From an uncultured Chloroflexia bacterium (lineage in GTDB: Bacteria; Chloroflexota; Limnocylindria; QHBO01): a DNA stretch of 64,000 nucleotides. The notes below the pieces were generated by a model. That model was not told where the DNA came from. It searched no databases and saw nothing but the letters and a program-made list of their open reading frames with translations. Position numbers and translations under genes: made by a program. Below, in pieces: positions 25,911 through 35,031 of this stretch (position 1 is its first letter; each line of letters opens with the position of its first letter). The stretch lies in NCBI GenBank assembly GCA_963760875.1, contig CAVXEH010000003.1, positions 199,572-263,571 on the forward strand, written 5' to 3'.

Positions 25911-27194
25911 ATGGACGCGCGCTTCCGTCCGCCCCCCGAACCGGTTGCCTTCCGGCCCGATCCCCGCAGCGAGCCGCCGGCCTCTGCCGATGTGGTGGTG
26001 GTGGGGGCCGGCTTCACGGGCGCGTTCGCGGCGTACCACCTCGCGCGGGCAGGCGTCCGGCCGCTGGTGATCGAGGCCAACGCACCCGCCTCGGGCGCCA
26101 GCGGACGGCTGTGCGGGCTGGCCCTCGCGGGCATCGGCGGCCACTTCTCCCGCGTCACGCGCCTGGTCCGGGCGGCCGGAGGCCGCTCGATCCTCGACTA
26201 CACGCGGCGCTCGCTGGACCTGCTGGAGGGGCTCGAGGCGGAGATCCCCGGAGGCATCGAGTGGGAGCGCTGCGGCTCCATTGACCTGCTCACGACACCG
26301 GACGAGGAGCGGCACGGGCGCGTGATGGCCCGGGCCCAGGCGGCCGAGGGGCTGCCGGTCGAGATTCTCGACCCCGCGCAGGCGGCACAGCTGGTCGCGA
26401 CGCTGGATGTCACGGTGCTGCGGGCGGCGAAGTGGACGCCCGACGACGGTCAGCTGAACCCGTTCAAGCTGGTGTACGGGCTCCTGGAGGAGGCCATGGC
26501 CCGCGGGGCACGGGTGGTCACCGGGGTCCGGGTGGAGCGCATCACGGCCCGGGGTGGCCGGGTGTCGGGGGTGGAGACCTCGCACGGACCGGTGAGCGCG
26601 GGAGCGGTGCTGGTGGCGACGAATGCCTGGACGCCCGCCCTGGTGCCGGCCATCGCCGCGAACCTCATACCCATCCGCGAGCACGTGATGGTCACCGAGC
26701 GGCTGCCGCGGGTCCTGCGCCCGGGGTTCGAGACGAACCTGTGCAACGAGTACTGGCGGCAGGAGCCGACCGGCGAGGTAGTCATCGGCGGCTATGCCAA
26801 CGCCGATGACGGGATGGGGATCGGCTCCTATTCCATGGACGTGCGGCGCCGTATTCCGCCGCTCCTGGCGGGCCTGCTGGGACGCTTCCACCCGGCGCTC
26901 CGGGACGCCCGCGTGGTCCGCGCCTGGGCCGGGCTGCTGGACTTCGCCTCGCTCGAGATCCCCATGGCGGGCGCCCTCCCGGCCAGCGACGGCACGCCGG
27001 TCCCCGGTGGGTACCTCGTGGCCGGGCTGACTGGTCACGGCCTCCCCTACGCTCCCGTCCTGGGGCTCCTGTTGGCCGAGCTCATCACCGATGGCGCGGC
27101 TCGCACGCTCCCGCTCGATCCCTTCGACCCGCGGCGCTACGTGGGGGCCGGGCATGTGCCGACCTGGCTGGAGGCGTTCGAGACGGGTCTCTGA
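25911..27194 (+). CDS. FAD-dependent oxidoreductase (DAO family)
   Basis: Dinucleotide-binding motif VVVVGAGFTGAFAAYHLARAG. C-terminal G-x-H-G motif GLTGHGL. Start MDARFRP at 25911. The upstream extension of track ORF 25401..27194 is rejected. Confidence 0.7.
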   Translation: MDARFRPPPEPVAFRPDPRSEPPASADVVVVGAGFTGAFAAYHLARAGVRPLVIEANAPASGASGRLCGLALAGIGGHFSRVTRLVRAAGGRSILDYTRRSLDLLEGLEAEIPGGIEWERCGSIDLLTTPDEERHGRVMARAQAAEGLPVEILDPAQAAQLVATLDVTVLRAAKWTPDDGQLNPFKLVYGLLEEAMARGARVVTGVRVERITARGGRVSGVETSHGPVSAGAVLVATNAWTPALVPAIAANLIPIREHVMVTERLPRVLRPGFETNLCNEYWRQEPTGEVVIGGYANADDGMGIGSYSMDVRRRIPPLLAGLLGRFHPALRDARVVRAWAGLLDFASLEIPMAGALPASDGTPVPGGYLVAGLTGHGLPYAPVLGLLLAELITDGAARTLPLDPFDPRRYVGAGHVPTWLEAFETGL

Positions 27195-27216
27195 TTCGGC
27201 GCTCCCGGCGCAGCGG

Positions 27217-28014
27217 TCAGCCGAAGAGCGGCCGGTAGGTTCCCAAGAGGAGGCTCAGCGCAGTCGCCGCAGACCCCAGCAGGAGCGCAGCGGCCAGCAC
27301 CATCGCGTCCCGGCGTGTCATGCGCTGCGGCCGCGCGGCGGTCCGGCAGGTCAGGGACCCAAGTCCACGTGCCTCCATGGCCAGGGCCAGGCGCGTCGAC
27401 CGCCGGATGGCGCCGACGAGCAGGGCCATGAGCCGTCCGGCCTGGAAGCGGAGCCAGCCGATGGGCGATCCGGCACTGACGCCGCGCGCCCGGCGGGCCA
27501 GAGCGACCAGCTGCCATTCCTGGGCGAGGAGAGGCATTAGCCGAAGGGCCCCCAGCGCTCCCAGGGCAAAGCGGGGAGGTGCGTGCAGCTCCTGGACCAG
27601 CGCGTCCGCCAGGTCCGTGGGATCGATGGTCGCCAGCGCGACCACGCCGGCCAGAGCGATCGCCAGGATCCGCAGGCCCAGCGCGGCCCCGGCCAGCAGG
27701 CTGCCGCCGTGGACCGGTAACGGGCCGATCGCCAGGATCTGCGGCCCGGACGGGGCGCCGAGCAGGCCGTTGACCAGCGCGATGAGCATGGCAGCCACCA
27801 GGATTGGCCACGCGCGCCGCACCAGGGCTGCGAGCCGAATGCCGGTCATGGGCGTGGCCAGAAGGACCCCGGCCAGGATGACCGCGGCAGTAACGCCGTC
27901 CAGGGCAACAAACCCGAAGCCCATCAGGATCACGGCAGCCGCGACCCGGGCGAGGGGGTTCATCGAAGCCAATGGCGCATCGGCGCGGATCGAGAGGGGC
28001 GCCGCCACTTGCAT
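27217..28014 (-). CDS. ECF transporter transmembrane (T) component, CbiQ/EcfT family
   Basis: Five or six TM helices with the conserved Ala-Arg-x-x-Arg-G coupling region (LVALARRARGVS). Confidence 0.75.
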   Translation of the reverse strand: MQVAAPLSIRADAPLASMNPLARVAAAVILMGFGFVALDGVTAAVILAGVLLATPMTGIRLAALVRRAWPILVAAMLIALVNGLLGAPSGPQILAIGPLPVHGGSLLAGAALGLRILAIALAGVVALATIDPTDLADALVQELHAPPRFALGALGALRLMPLLAQEWQLVALARRARGVSAGSPIGWLRFQAGRLMALLVGAIRRSTRLALAMEARGLGSLTCRTAARPQRMTRRDAMVLAAALLLGSAATALSLLLGTYRPLFG

Positions 28015-28017
28015 GGC

Positions 28018-29484
28018 TCAGGCCATACCCGCGGTCGGGGCCGCGAGGCGCAGCGTGCGATCGGCCAGGGCGGTGGCGAACTCCCGGTCATGGGTGACCA
28101 CGCAAATCGCCCTTCCGGCGGAGCGCAGCGCACCCAGCAGCGACAGCATCTCCCCCCACGTCCGGCGGTCCTGCCCGAAGGTCGGTTCATCAAGGACGAG
28201 GACCGATGGCGCAGTCGCGAGGGCGGTGGCAACCGAGAGCCGGCGCTTCTCGCCGCCGGAGAGGGTGAACGGGTTGGCGTCCCCGAGGTGGTCCAGATGC
28301 AGCCTGGCGAGCAGCTCGTCCACACGCCGCGTGATCTCCGCCGCCGGCAGGCGCAGCCGCCGCGGCCCGATGGCGAGCTCCGCGCGCACGCTCATTGCCA
28401 GGAACTGATGCTCCGGCTCCTGGAAGACGCTTCCCACGGCGCCGGCAAGCTGCTCAGCGCGCCACCCCGCAATCGGCTCGCGCGCGTGGCCGGCCGCCAG
28501 CGCTTCGCCGGCGACTACTTCGCCCCCGGTCGGCCGCAGGAGACCGCCCAGGAGCAGGGCGAGGGTCGTCTTGCCTGATCCATTTGGCCCGGTCACCGCC
28601 ACCGCCTCCGCAGAACGAAGCTGCAGCGAGGTACGCGCGAGCGCAGCCCGGCCGTCGCCTGGATAGCTGAACGTCGCCTCCTCGGCGAGGACGAGCGTTT
28701 CACGGGGCACGCCCTCGGGATGGGGAGGTGGCACGGCTCGCGCTCCGGGGACCCAGACGCCGGCCTCAGCAAGCGCGGTGCTGTGCCGACGGAAGACCTC
28801 GAGCGGTGTGCCGTCGGCAACGACGCCTTCACCGGGCGCCAGGACGACCACGCGGTCGACCAACGGCAGGGTCGCCTCGACGCGATGCTCGACGAGAACC
28901 ATGGTGGCATCGCGACCGGCTCCGACCCGCCGAAGCACCTGCCAGAGCCTGTCGCAGCCGTCCGGGTCGAGGTTCGCCGTGGGCTCGTCGAGAAGAAGGA
29001 GCCCCGGCGCCATGGCGAGGACGCCGGCCAGCGCCAGGCGCTGCTTTTCACCACCCGAGAGCGAGCCTGTGGCTCGCGTGCGTGCGTGCTCGAAACCGAC
29101 GGCTGCGAGCGCAGCATCCACACGGGGCCAGATGGCGTCGGCAGGGACACAGCGGTTCTCGAGCCCGAAGGCCACTTCGTCGCCGGCCCGACCCATGACG
29201 ATCTGCGTCTCCGGGTCCTGGAAGACGATGCCGGTCCGATGGCGGGCCGCGACCGGGGGGCGCCCGTCAAGGAGGAGCTCACCCGCCGCGGAGCCACCGC
29301 CGGCCGTCTCTAGGAGGCCGGCCAGCGCCAGGAGTAGGGTCGACTTACCCGCACCGGAGGGACCAAGCAGGAGCACCCGCTCACCCGGCTCGATCCGCAG
29401 GTTGACCTCGCGCAGAGCCCAGGCACGGCGGCCGGCGTGGCGCCACCCCCAGCCCCGCGCCTCGATCCTCACCGGCCCGCTCAT
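28018..29484 (-). CDS. ECF transporter ATPase with duplicated ABC domains (EcfA-EcfA' fusion, YkoD-like)
   Basis: Two Walker A motifs (GPSGAGKST and GPNGSGKTT) and two LSGG signatures. Confidence 0.85.
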   Translation of the reverse strand: MSGPVRIEARGWGWRHAGRRAWALREVNLRIEPGERVLLLGPSGAGKSTLLLALAGLLETAGGGSAAGELLLDGRPPVAARHRTGIVFQDPETQIVMGRAGDEVAFGLENRCVPADAIWPRVDAALAAVGFEHARTRATGSLSGGEKQRLALAGVLAMAPGLLLLDEPTANLDPDGCDRLWQVLRRVGAGRDATMVLVEHRVEATLPLVDRVVVLAPGEGVVADGTPLEVFRRHSTALAEAGVWVPGARAVPPPHPEGVPRETLVLAEEATFSYPGDGRAALARTSLQLRSAEAVAVTGPNGSGKTTLALLLGGLLRPTGGEVVAGEALAAGHAREPIAGWRAEQLAGAVGSVFQEPEHQFLAMSVRAELAIGPRRLRLPAAEITRRVDELLARLHLDHLGDANPFTLSGGEKRRLSVATALATAPSVLVLDEPTFGQDRRTWGEMLSLLGALRSAGRAICVVTHDREFATALADRTLRLAAPTAGMA

Positions 29485-29512
29485 GTCCGGAGCGTATCCG
29501 GCGCCGGCGTCC

Positions 29513-30100
29513 TCAGACGGGCCTCTGCGACCGGCCGGACGGGAACGGTGCAAGGACTCCGGTCTGGGCAAGCGCCCGGATGAGCAGCCAGGAGCCAAGA
29601 CCTGCGACGAGGATCCCGCTGACGAGCATGAATGCCCCGTACCCGAGCTGGAGACTGAAGCTCACATCCGGGTAGTAGACCGGCATGTCGTGCAGCCACT
29701 CGCCGGCCGCCGCGCCGGCCCCGGCGAGGAGGGCGACTGGCAGCCCGTAGGCCCGGTACAGGAAGACGGCGAAGACGAGCTCGGCACCGGCTCCCTGCAC
29801 GGCGCCGGATAGCACGACGTCGAGGCCCCAGTACGAGCCGAGCAGCGCAGAGATGATGGCCGCGACGAGCTCGGCGAACAGCGCAGCGCCGGGCTTGCGG
29901 ACAATGAGCATGGCCAGCACGCCCGCCACGAGCCAGACGCCCGACAGGAGATAGGCGAAGGGGTTCACCTGCCCGCTGAAGAGCGGGAGCGTCCAGACTC
30001 CCCAGCCCCAGAACACGACGCCTGCCACTACGCCGATCACCGACGCAGTCACGATGTCCACGAGACGCCAACCACCGGGCGACTGCTGAGTTCCTGTCAT
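29513..30100 (-). CDS. ECF transporter substrate-specific (S) component, YkoE-like
   Basis: A 195-aa polytopic membrane protein. Its start overlaps the thiN stop (ATGA). The operon order is S-AA'-T. Confidence 0.6.
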   Translation of the reverse strand: MTGTQQSPGGWRLVDIVTASVIGVVAGVVFWGWGVWTLPLFSGQVNPFAYLLSGVWLVAGVLAMLIVRKPGAALFAELVAAIISALLGSYWGLDVVLSGAVQGAGAELVFAVFLYRAYGLPVALLAGAGAAAGEWLHDMPVYYPDVSFSLQLGYGAFMLVSGILVAGLGSWLLIRALAQTGVLAPFPSGRSQRPV

Positions 30101-30753
30101 CTGTCTCCTCCATCGGCGAATGCGGTTTCGACCACCAGCAGGGAGCCTCGTGCCGCCTCGACGCGTGCCCCCGACTCCGCGACAACATTGGAGAGGCCCC
30201 GCGAGCGGCCCATCCGCAGCAGCTCACCGTGAAGGGGATAGCGCAGCCCCGTGGTGCTCACGCCGGTGACGTCGCCGCCGACCGGCAGCAGCGTCACCGA
30301 GGAGCCAGACGCCCCCGCGAGGACGAGCGTCCCCGGTCCGCGGAGAACCCGGACCGTCGTGGGTCCCTGCACGATCCGCACCGCCGGTGACGGGAGGCCC
30401 GGATCCGCGAGCAGCAGCAGGTTGGCGAGCTCGTGGTCGAGCCGGGCTCCTCCAAGCGCGCCCAGCACCACGACCTCGTCCGCCCCGCGGTGGAGGGCCT
30501 CCTCGATGGCCAGCTCGGTGTCCGAGGCATCCTTGTCGACCGGGTGCCGAATCACCTCGGTGCCGGTCGCCGCCAGGCGGTCGACCAGCGCGGCGTCCAC
30601 GGAGTCGAGGTCGCCCACGAGGAGGTCGGGGCGGCGCCCGATCTCATCGAGCCAGCCGGCCCCGCCGTCGGCGGCGATCAGCAGGTCCGCCTCTGCCGCG
30701 ATGCCGGCGTCGGATGTCGCCGGCTCGCCATCGGCCACCACCACGGCTCGCAT
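30097..30753 (-). CDS. thiN: Thiamine pyrophosphokinase
   Basis: GDLDS signature (LLVGDLDSVD). Start at MRAVVVADGEP (30753), preceded by AAAGGAG. The track start at 30858 would lie inside the riboswitch aptamer and is rejected. Confidence 0.75.
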   Translation of the reverse strand: MRAVVVADGEPATSDAGIAAEADLLIAADGGAGWLDEIGRRPDLLVGDLDSVDAALVDRLAATGTEVIRHPVDKDASDTELAIEEALHRGADEVVVLGALGGARLDHELANLLLLADPGLPSPAVRIVQGPTTVRVLRGPGTLVLAGASGSSVTLLPVGGDVTGVSTTGLRYPLHGELLRMGRSRGLSNVVAESGARVEAARGSLLVVETAFADGGDR

Positions 30754-30854
30754 ACCGCGCGTCGCTCCTTTCCATGCCGCTGCGCATCCGCGCAGCGGCC
30801 CATTGGCCTCCAAGAACGACGAACGGCGCACCACGAGGTGCGCCGCGAAGGTGA

Positions 30855-30945
30855 ACACCGACTCCCTGCGCTGGCATGATCCAGATCAGGTTCGAGGGTC
30901 TGCGGTCTCCCGCACTCTCAGCGCTTCGCGCGCTCCCCTGTCGCT
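30855..30945 (-). ncRNA. TPP (THI-box) riboswitch
   Basis: The minus strand reads GGGGAGCGCG..GCGCUGAGA...ACCCUCGAACCUGAUCUGGAUCAUGCCAGCGCAGGGAGU, which matches the THI consensus CUGAGA...ACCUGAUCUGGAUAAUGCCAGCGUAGGGA. It lies about 100 nt upstream of thiN. Confidence 0.8.
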
Positions 30946-30990
30946 CTTGAGCTGTGACCACGAGCGTAGCACGCGTGCGATGATCCGGCC

Positions 30991-31488
30991 ATGACCGATA
31001 TCGACCATCCGAATGTCGAGCGGGTGACCCGGACCGCCGCGGAACGAGGGTTGTCCATTGCCGTGCAGCGCTTCCCGGCAGGGACGCGAACCGCGCAGGA
31101 CGCGGCGCGAGCCGTGGGCTGTGACGTCGCCCAGATCGTGAAGTCATTGGTGTTCGTGGCTGACGGCGCCGTGGTCATCGCCCTGGTCTCCGGAGCAGAC
31201 CGGTTGGACGTCGCCCGGCTCGCTGCCGTCCTGGGCGCAGAGACGGTCCGGCGGGCAGGCGCCGACGAGGCGCGCGAGGCGACCGGGTTCGCGATCGGCG
31301 GCATCCCGCCCCTGGGCCACCGCACCAGCGTGCCGGTCGTCATCGACGAGCGGCTCCTCGAGCACGAGACGGTGTGGGCCGCCGCCGGACTGCCGGATGC
31401 GGTCTTCGCGGTCGCGCCGGCGGCGCTCGCGGAGGCGGCGCAGGCACGCGTTGCGGCCGTCGCCGCGCTCGCCACGGACGCTCCCTAG
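30991..31488 (+). CDS. YbaK/ProX-family aminoacyl-tRNA deacylase
   Basis: 165 aa with typical YbaK core motifs (VKSLVFV...AIGGIPPLGH). Confidence 0.65.
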   Translation: MTDIDHPNVERVTRTAAERGLSIAVQRFPAGTRTAQDAARAVGCDVAQIVKSLVFVADGAVVIALVSGADRLDVARLAAVLGAETVRRAGADEAREATGFAIGGIPPLGHRTSVPVVIDERLLEHETVWAAAGLPDAVFAVAPAALAEAAQARVAAVAALATDAP

Positions 31489-31967
31489 GGCCGATCCAGC
31501 TGCACGGTGACCCGGGTGCCTCCGCCGACGTGCTCGACCAGCAGCTGCCAGATCATCCCCGGCGCGACTTCGAACCGCAGGAGCGCGGCCACGTCGGCGG
31601 GGTAGCGACCAACGATCGGATATCCGGCCGCCGGCAACGCCTCCAGGTAGTAGTCGTAGGCGCCCGAGCCCACCGTGGCAAGCGTCCAGCGCACCACGAC
31701 CGCTGGATCATCGTTTGGAGGATCTTGGGCGACCGCGCCGGCCGGAACAGGGAACCCGGCAGGCAGCGTCGGCCGTGTTCCGGGTTCCATCGTCGGAGCG
31801 GCATCTGTGGCAGACGCACTTCCAGCGGGCAGGGTCGCCAGCGACGTCGCCTCGGCGGTGCCGAAGCCCTCCGCCTCGCAGGCCGCGAGCAGCACCGCCG
31901 CGGCAACCAGCCCGGTGACGGCGAGCAGCCGGCCGCGGCGGGCAGGCTGCTCACGCGTGTTCGACAT
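31485..31967 (-). CDS. Hypothetical lipoprotein
   Basis: Start MSNTREQ at 31967 with GGGAAG RBS. Signal peptide and lipobox (LLAAC). The upstream part of track ORF to 32522 is rejected. Confidence 0.45.
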   Translation of the reverse strand: MSNTREQPARRGRLLAVTGLVAAAVLLAACEAEGFGTAEATSLATLPAGSASATDAAPTMEPGTRPTLPAGFPVPAGAVAQDPPNDDPAVVVRWTLATVGSGAYDYYLEALPAAGYPIVGRYPADVAALLRFEVAPGMIWQLLVEHVGGGTRVTVQLDRP

Positions 31968-31978
31968 CAGATCTTCCC

Positions 31979-32962
31979 TCACTCCGTCTGGTTGGTCTTG
32001 ACCACGATGGGGATGTAGAACGAGCCGAGCCGGGACCAGTCGAACCAGCGCAGGCTGTTCGCAAAGAGGTTGAAGGCCTCCGAATAGCTGCCCGGCGGCT
32101 TTGTCGCCCGCAGGCCGAAGGTGAAGCGAGCCACACCATCGGGGGCCACGGCGCGCTGGTCCATCACCGTCGGAACCCAGCTGTACGGCCAGTCCACGGC
32201 GGCAAAGGCGCTGGCGTGCTCTGGCGGGTTCCACGTGCCCATCATCAGCCGCCCCTTGGCGACGTCCGATCGCCAGGTTCTCCCGCCGCGGTTCACGAAC
32301 TCGACCCAGTGGGTGATGGTCGTGTAGCGGCGGATCACCTCCGTGCCGCTGTTCGACTCGCGCCGGTAGGCGGCCAGGAACGGCACGCGACCGGGGCTCG
32401 TGGTGAACAGGTGCGCGTAGATGGGATCGACCGGGGTCCACGCGCTGCCCGAGCGCGCCTGCATCTCCCAGTGGAGGTGCGCCCCGTAGCACTGGCCGCT
32501 GCAGCCGGAATCCGCGATCCACTGTCCGGCCGTGACCGCCTGCCCGATGGCGACGCGCACCCCGTGGTACGCGAGGTGGTAGTACAGCGTCCGACGGCCG
32601 TCCGCGTGGGAGACGAGGACGAAGTTGCCGTAGGTCCCGAACTGGGTGGTCCCGTACCCCTCGAACAGGTCGACGACCGTACCGTCGCGAGCAGCTGCCA
32701 CAGGGCTGCTCAACGACATCGGATAGTCCATGCCGGTGTGGCCGTCGTAGACACGCCCGTAATGGAGCGAGCAGTCATTCCACAGGGTGTTCGCCCAGTC
32801 GCGCTGGTGGCATGCGCGGCTGTCGCGGTCCACGCCGTAGCTCAGCGCCACCGACGGGTCATAGAAGGGCAGGGTGTAGTCGTCGGCGGCCCGCGCGTGC
32901 GACGACGAGCCGATGGCGCAGGCCAGCGCCAGCACGGCGCCGATGAGCATGCGTCCGATCAT
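31979..32962 (-). CDS. Secreted M23-family metallopeptidase (LytM domain)
   Basis: Signal peptide, HxxxD (YDGHTGMDY) and HxH (YGAHLHWE) Zn ligands. Confidence 0.75.
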   Translation of the reverse strand: MIGRMLIGAVLALACAIGSSSHARAADDYTLPFYDPSVALSYGVDRDSRACHQRDWANTLWNDCSLHYGRVYDGHTGMDYPMSLSSPVAAARDGTVVDLFEGYGTTQFGTYGNFVLVSHADGRRTLYYHLAYHGVRVAIGQAVTAGQWIADSGCSGQCYGAHLHWEMQARSGSAWTPVDPIYAHLFTTSPGRVPFLAAYRRESNSGTEVIRRYTTITHWVEFVNRGGRTWRSDVAKGRLMMGTWNPPEHASAFAAVDWPYSWVPTVMDQRAVAPDGVARFTFGLRATKPPGSYSEAFNLFANSLRWFDWSRLGSFYIPIVVKTNQTE

Positions 32963-34041
32963 GATGCGCAGCCTCCGCAGCCGGAGCCCGGGCGAAGCCA
33001 GGCGGCGAGCGGCCCGGCCACCCGCTGGAGCTCTCGCCCGTGGGCGTCGACGACCGTTGTCTGGCCGTCGCGAAGGATCGCGACGGCGCTTCCGTCGGCC
33101 GACACGCGCGGCAGCGCGCCCGCCCCGAGGAACGTGGAATCGCCCCTGCCCGGCCGGACCAGGAAGACCTCGCCATCGGCCCGGGCAAAGGCCACGGCAG
33201 TCCCGTCCTCGCTTATCGACGCGTCCACCGCGTCGGTGCCCAGCGCAGCCATGCGAGTGGCGACACCGTCTGCCAGGCGCAGGACAGACACCCCCTCGCC
33301 CAGGCGATGGGCGATCACGGCCAGCGCACCGTCAGCCAGCTCGCTGGCGGCGAGCACCAGGCCCAGCGAGTCCCCGCCGTGAATGGCGCGGACATGACCG
33401 GAGTCCGGGTCCACCGTGACGAGCGTCGCGGTGTACGGCGCCTCCATGGATGGCAGGGCGACCATCAGCAGCGCTCCATCGTGGTCGAACCCGATGGCGC
33501 CCGCGAACGGGCCGTCGGCAAGCGAGGCCGCTGTCCCGGTGCTCCTGTCCACACGCCACAGGCGTCCCATGCCGTCGACCACCGCGAGCCAGCCGCCGGT
33601 CGGTGCGAACGCCGCGCCTGCAACGCCGGGAAGCGCCACCAGCTGCTCTTCGCCCGAGGCAGCGACGAGCGTCAGCCCGCCGTTCGGGTCCGCGACGGCG
33701 TCTGCGATCGCGACGTCGCCGTCGGCATCCGCGTCGAGGAGCCGCATCGCCTCACGACGCTGCTGCTCGGCCTCACCCGGGTCGTCACCTCCGGGGGCGG
33801 CCGCATCGCGGCCGGGCGGCGCCGACACCGCCGCGAGTCGCTGGCCACCGACATCGGTGACGGCAGCGGAGATGGCCCGGCCCGCCCGGCGAGCCGCATC
33901 GGCGCTCAGGGTCATGACGTGAGGTGGCGGCTGGGCAGCCACCGAGGAGACGAGACCAAGTGAGCCGGCGAGGGTGGCGACGAGCAGGACGCTCGCAGGT
34001 CCCCGAGCGCGGCGCGGGCGAAGACGATGCCTGGTGGACAT
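32959..34041 (-). CDS. Secreted beta-propeller-like protein (TolB/WD40-like repeats)
   Basis: Signal peptide, then repeated Gly/Asp-rich strand motifs. Its stop overlaps the M23 peptidase start. Confidence 0.4.
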   Translation of the reverse strand: MSTRHRLRPRRARGPASVLLVATLAGSLGLVSSVAAQPPPHVMTLSADAARRAGRAISAAVTDVGGQRLAAVSAPPGRDAAAPGGDDPGEAEQQRREAMRLLDADADGDVAIADAVADPNGGLTLVAASGEEQLVALPGVAGAAFAPTGGWLAVVDGMGRLWRVDRSTGTAASLADGPFAGAIGFDHDGALLMVALPSMEAPYTATLVTVDPDSGHVRAIHGGDSLGLVLAASELADGALAVIAHRLGEGVSVLRLADGVATRMAALGTDAVDASISEDGTAVAFARADGEVFLVRPGRGDSTFLGAGALPRVSADGSAVAILRDGQTTVVDAHGRELQRVAGPLAAWLRPGSGCGGCAS

Positions 34042-34199
34042 CGGGATCCTCCGTTCCGAGGCGAATGGGATGGCAACGGTCCACGGGCACTGCTGGCTTC
34101 GACCACCTCCGGGCTCTTCATGACGCGGTTGCCTGAGCGTGGGACCGAACCTAGCCAGCCGCGCTTATCGGGGCCTTATCGATCCCTATACTCGGCCCG

Positions 34200-34955
34200 A
34201 TGCCCCCGTTGACCGCCATCCTCATTGGCCTTGCCCTGCTGGGCGCCGCGGTGCTCGTGGCGGGAGCCGCGTGGATGCGCGCCACGGGTGCCGATCCCTC
34301 CCGTGGCCGCCGCCTCGCCGGCGCGCGCGGACTGTCCGTTGCCGAGGTCCTGGACCTGACCGAGGCGCCGACCCGTCCCGTCCGGGTCTCCGGCCGGATC
34401 CGCTGCCCGGACCCCCTGGTGGCGCCGGACGGCGAACGCCTGGTCGCCTACCACCGCGACGTCTCCGTGCTGCTCGCCGGCGGTCGCTGGCGAACCATCG
34501 AGCGCATCCGGGAGAGCCGATCCTTCGAGCTGTGGGACCACGCCGGCGCGCTGGTCCTCGATCCCGCCCAGGCGGCGGAGCCACTCGTCACCATCCCGCT
34601 GATCTGGGAGGGCTCACCCGACGAGCTGGTCGACCCCCACGCCGCCGCCGTCGCGCGCCTCACCGCCGAGCACGGCACCGCGCCGGAGGCCGCGCGGGCG
34701 GTGACGCGCACGATCGCGGTCGTCGATCCGCTGCTGGTCCTGGCGCGCGTGGAGCTCGGGCCGGACGGTCCACGGCTCGTCCCGCCGGAGGGTGGCTACC
34801 TCGTCTCGGCTCTCGAGCTCGATGCGGCCATGCGCCTCCTGGGCGGTTCCCACCGGCGGCAGCTGGTGCTGGCCATCGCCGCCGTCGTGGTCGGAGCCGT
34901 CCTGGTCGCGGGATCGCTGCTGGCGCTGGTCATCGCGCTGGCACTGGGCGCTTGA
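34200..34955 (+). CDS. Hypothetical membrane protein (TM helices at both N- and C-termini)
   Basis: MPPLTAILIGLALLGAAVLVAGAAW... at the N-terminus. C-terminus LAIAAVVVGAVLVAGSLLALVIALALGA. Confidence 0.4.
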   Translation: MPPLTAILIGLALLGAAVLVAGAAWMRATGADPSRGRRLAGARGLSVAEVLDLTEAPTRPVRVSGRIRCPDPLVAPDGERLVAYHRDVSVLLAGGRWRTIERIRESRSFELWDHAGALVLDPAQAAEPLVTIPLIWEGSPDELVDPHAAAVARLTAEHGTAPEAARAVTRTIAVVDPLLVLARVELGPDGPRLVPPEGGYLVSALELDAAMRLLGGSHRRQLVLAIAAVVVGAVLVAGSLLALVIALALGA

Positions 34956-35031
34956 ACGACCTGTCGCGCGTACCGGGTGACATCGGTACCAACGAGCCAT
35001 CGCTCCCAGCGGTTGCCACTTCTAGCATCCG

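Noticed and set aside
30754-30858. Longer start (30858) for the thiN ORF
   Set aside because: It would place the start codon inside the TPP riboswitch aptamer. An ATG at 30753 with an AAAGGAG RBS fits.
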